Source: Macrostomum hystrix (lineage: Eukaryota; Animalia; Platyhelminthes). Taken from it: a stretch of DNA of 64,000 nt. The notes under the pieces were generated by a model. That model was not told where the DNA came from, searched no databases, and saw nothing but the letters and a program-made list of their open reading frames with translations. The stretch is from positions 2,301,976-2,365,975 of the forward strand of contig CATNEN010000014.1 in the NCBI GenBank assembly GCA_950097015.1, in the 5' to 3' direction. The position numbers and the translations under genes are program-made. Positions 61,046-64,000 of the stretch are shown one piece after another. Numbering within the stretch: the first letter of the stretch is position 1; every line of letters starts with the position of its first letter.

Positions 61046-64000
61046 CTCTTCTTTTCTTCTCTTCTTTTCTTCTCTTCTCTTCTTCTTTCCCTTCCCTTCT
61101 TCTTTCCCCTTCTCTTCCCTTCTCTTCTCTCCTCTCTTCTCTTCTTTTTTCTTCTTTTTTCTTCTCTTCTCTCTTCTCCTCTTCTCTTCTCTTCTTCCCT
61201 TCTTCTTTTTTCTTCTCTTCTCTTCTCTCTTCTCCTCTTCTCTTCTCTTCTTCCCTTCTTCTTTTTTCTTCTCTTCTCTTCTCTCTTCTCCTCTTCTCTT
61301 CTCTTCTTCCCTTCTTCTCTTCTTCTCCTCTTTTCTTCTCTTCTCTTCTCTTCTCTTCTCTTCTTCTCTTCTCCTCTCTTTTCTTCTCTTCTCTTCTCTT
61401 CTTTTTTCATCTCTTCTCTTCTCTTCTTTTTTCTTCTCTTCTCTTCTCCTCTCTTTTCTTCTCTTCTCTTCTCTTCTCTTCTCTTCTCTCTTCTTCTCTT
61501 CTTCTCCTCTCTTCTCTTCTCTTCTCTTCTCTTCTTCTCTTCTTCTCTCTTTTCTTCTCTTCTCTTCTCTTCTCTTCTTCTCTTCTCCTCTCTTTTCTTC
61601 TCTTCTCTTCTCTTCTCTTCTCTTCTTCTCTTTTTCTCTTCTCTTCTTCTCTTCTCTTCTTTTCTCTTCTTTTCTTCTCTTCTTTTCTTCTCTTCTCTTC
61701 TCTTCTCTTCTTCCCTTCTCCTCTTCTTCTCCTCCTCTTCTCTTCTCTCTTCTTCTCTTCTTCTCTCCTCTTCTCTTCTCTTCTCTCCTCTTCTCTTCCC
61801 TTCTCTTCTCTTCTCTTCTCTTCTCTTCTTTTCTCTTCTTTTCTTCTCTTCTTTTCTTCTCTTCTCTTCTCTTCTCTTCTTCCCTTCTCCTCTTCTTCTC
61901 CTCCTCTTCTCTTCTCTCTTCTTCTCTTCTTCTCTCCTCTTCTCTTCTCTTCTCTCCTCTTCTCTTCCCTTCTCTCCTCTTCTCTTCTCTTCTTCTCTTC
62001 TCTTCTCTTCTCCTCTTCTCTTCTCTTCTCCTCTTCTCTTCTCTTCTTCTCTTCTTCTTTCCCTTCCATTCTTCTTTCCCCTTCTCTTCTCTTCTCTTCT
62101 CTTCTTCCCTTCTCCTCTTCTTCTCTTCCTCTTCTCTTCTCTCTTCTTCTCTTCTTCTCTCCTCTTCTCTTCTCTTCTCTCCTCTTCTCTTCCCTTCTCT
62201 CCTCTTCTCTTCTCTTCTTCTCTTCTCTTCTCTTCTCCTCTTCTCTTCTCTTCTCCTCTTCTCTTCTCTTCTTCTCTTCTTCTTTCCCCTTCTCTTCTCT
62301 CCTGTTCTCTTCTTTTCTCTTCTCTTCTCTTCTCCTCTCTTCTCTTCTCTCCTCTTCTCTTCTCTTCTCTTCTTCTCTTCTCTTCTTCTCCTCTCTTCTT
62401 CTCTTCTCTTCTTCTCTTCTCCTCTCTTTTCTTCTCTTCTCTTCTCTTCTCTTCTCTTCTCTCTTCTTCTTTCCCTTCCCTTCTTCTTTCCCCTTCTCTT
62501 CTCTTCTCTTCTCTTCTCTTCTTTTTTCTTCTCTTCTCTTCTCTTCTCTTCTCTTTTCTTCTCTTCTCTTCTCTTCTTCTCTTCTCTTCTTTTCTTTTTC
62601 TCTTCTTTTCTCTTCTCTTCTCTTCTTTTCTTTTCTCTTCTCCTCTTCTCTTCTCTTCTTTTTTCTTCTCTTCTCTTCTCTTCTCTTCTCTTCTCTTCTC
62701 TCCTCTTCTCTTCTCTTCTCTTCTTCTCTTCTCTTCTTTTCTCTTCTTTTCTTCTCTTCTTTTCTTCTCTTCTCTTCTCTTCTCTTCTTCCCTTCTCCTC
62801 TTCTTCTCCTCCTCTTCTCTTCTCTCTTCTTCTCTTCTTCTCTCCTCTTCTCTTCTCTTCTTTTCTTCTCTTCTCTTCTCTTCTTCTCTTCTCTTCTCTT
62901 CTCTTCTTTTTTCTTCTCTTCTTCTCTTCTCTTCTCTTCTCTTCTTTTTTCTTCTCTTCTTCTCTTCTCTTCTCTTCTCTTCTTTTTTCTTCTCTTCTTC
63001 TCTTCCCTTCTCTTCTCTTCTCTTCTCTTCTCTTCTCTTCTCTTCTTCTCTTCTCTTCTCTTCTTTTCTCTTCTCTTCTCTTCTCTTCTCCTCTTCTCTT
63101 CTTCTTTCCCTTCCCTTCTTCTTTCCCCTTCTCTTCTCTTCTTTTCTTCTCTTCTTTTCTTCTCTTCTCTTCTCTTCTCTTCTTCCCTTCTCCTCTTCTT
63201 CTCCTCCGCTTCTCTTCTCTCTTCTTCTCTTCTCTTCTCTTCTCTTCTCTTCTTCTCTTTTTCTCTTCTCTTCTTCTCTTCTCTTCTTTTCTCTTCTTTT
63301 CTTCTCTTCTTTTCTTCTCTTCTCTTCTCTTCTCTTCTTCCCTTCTCCTCTTCTTCTCCTCCTCTTCTCTTCTCTCTTCTTCTCTTCTTCTCTCCTCTTC
63401 TCTTCTCTTCTCTCCTCTCCTCTTCCCTCTCTTCTCTTCTCTTCTTCTCTTCTCTTCTCTTCTCCTCTTCTCTTCTCTTCTTCTCTTCTTCTTTCCCTTC
63501 CCTTCTTCTTTCCCCTTCTCTTCTCTCCTCTTCTCTTCTCTTCTCTTCTTCCCTTCTCCTCTTCTTCTCCTCCTCTTCTCTTCTCTCTTCTTCTCTTCTT
63601 CTCTCCTCTTCTCTTCTCTTCTGTCCTCTTCTCTTCCCTCTCTTCTCTTCTCTTCTTCTCTTCTCTTCTCTTCTTCTGTTCTCTTCTCTTCTCCTCTTCT
63701 CTTCTCTTCTTCTCTTCTTCTTTCCCTTCCCTTCTTCTTTCCCCTTCTCTTCTCTCCTCTTCTCTTCTCTTCTTTTCTTCTCTTCTCTTCTCTTCTTTTC
63801 TTCTCTTCTTTTCTCTTCTTTTCTTCTCTTCTTTTCTTCTCTTCTCTTCTCTTCTCTTCTTCCCTTCTCCTCTTCTTCTTCTCCTCTTCTCTTCTCTTCT
63901 CTTCTCTTCTTCTTTTCTTCTCTTCTCTTCTCTTCTCTTCTTCCCTTCTCCTCTTCTTCTTCTCCTCTTCTCTTCTCTTCTCTTCTCTTCTTCTCTTTTT
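61046..64000. repeat. (CTTCT)n polypyrimidine microsatellite, >=2.95 kb, runs off the window end
   Basis: Same motif and strand as 56881-58523. Confidence 0.98.

Overview
Eukaryotic (metazoan) genomic window, not prokaryotic. It has GT-AG introns, GC3-rich exons, polyQ/polyA-rich proteins and about 28 kb (~44%, my rough tally) of mini/microsatellite arrays, many inside introns. This style suggests a free-living flatworm such as Macrostomum, but that is an inference. Genes I could reconstruct by hand: (1) an intronless somatostatin/allatostatin-C-type GPCR (-); (2-3) a tandem pair of myristoylated neuronal-calcium-sensor-like EF-hand genes with identical exon lengths (+), the second with TT instead of GT at its first donor; (4) tropomodulin (+); (5) a very divergent two-exon rhodopsin-like orphan GPCR (-); (6) a highly divergent Cys-loop ligand-gated ion channel subunit (-, 5' end not found); (7) an unknown 2-TM protein (-); (8) the 3' part of an unknown + strand gene containing a 15-bp AGGT-bearing repeat; (9) a spliced DUF4806-like gene sitting in a 2.5-kb island between two kilobase-scale (CTTCT)n arrays. 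Mobile DNA: three copies of a tRNA-derived SINE, a CORE-like SINE/foldback family, a Merlin (IS1595-like) transposase fragment, a hAT-type MITE and a probable LINE remnant. There is no CRISPR array. Most long ORFs in the supplied track are artefacts of tandem repeats. All calls come from manual reading; no database searches were run.
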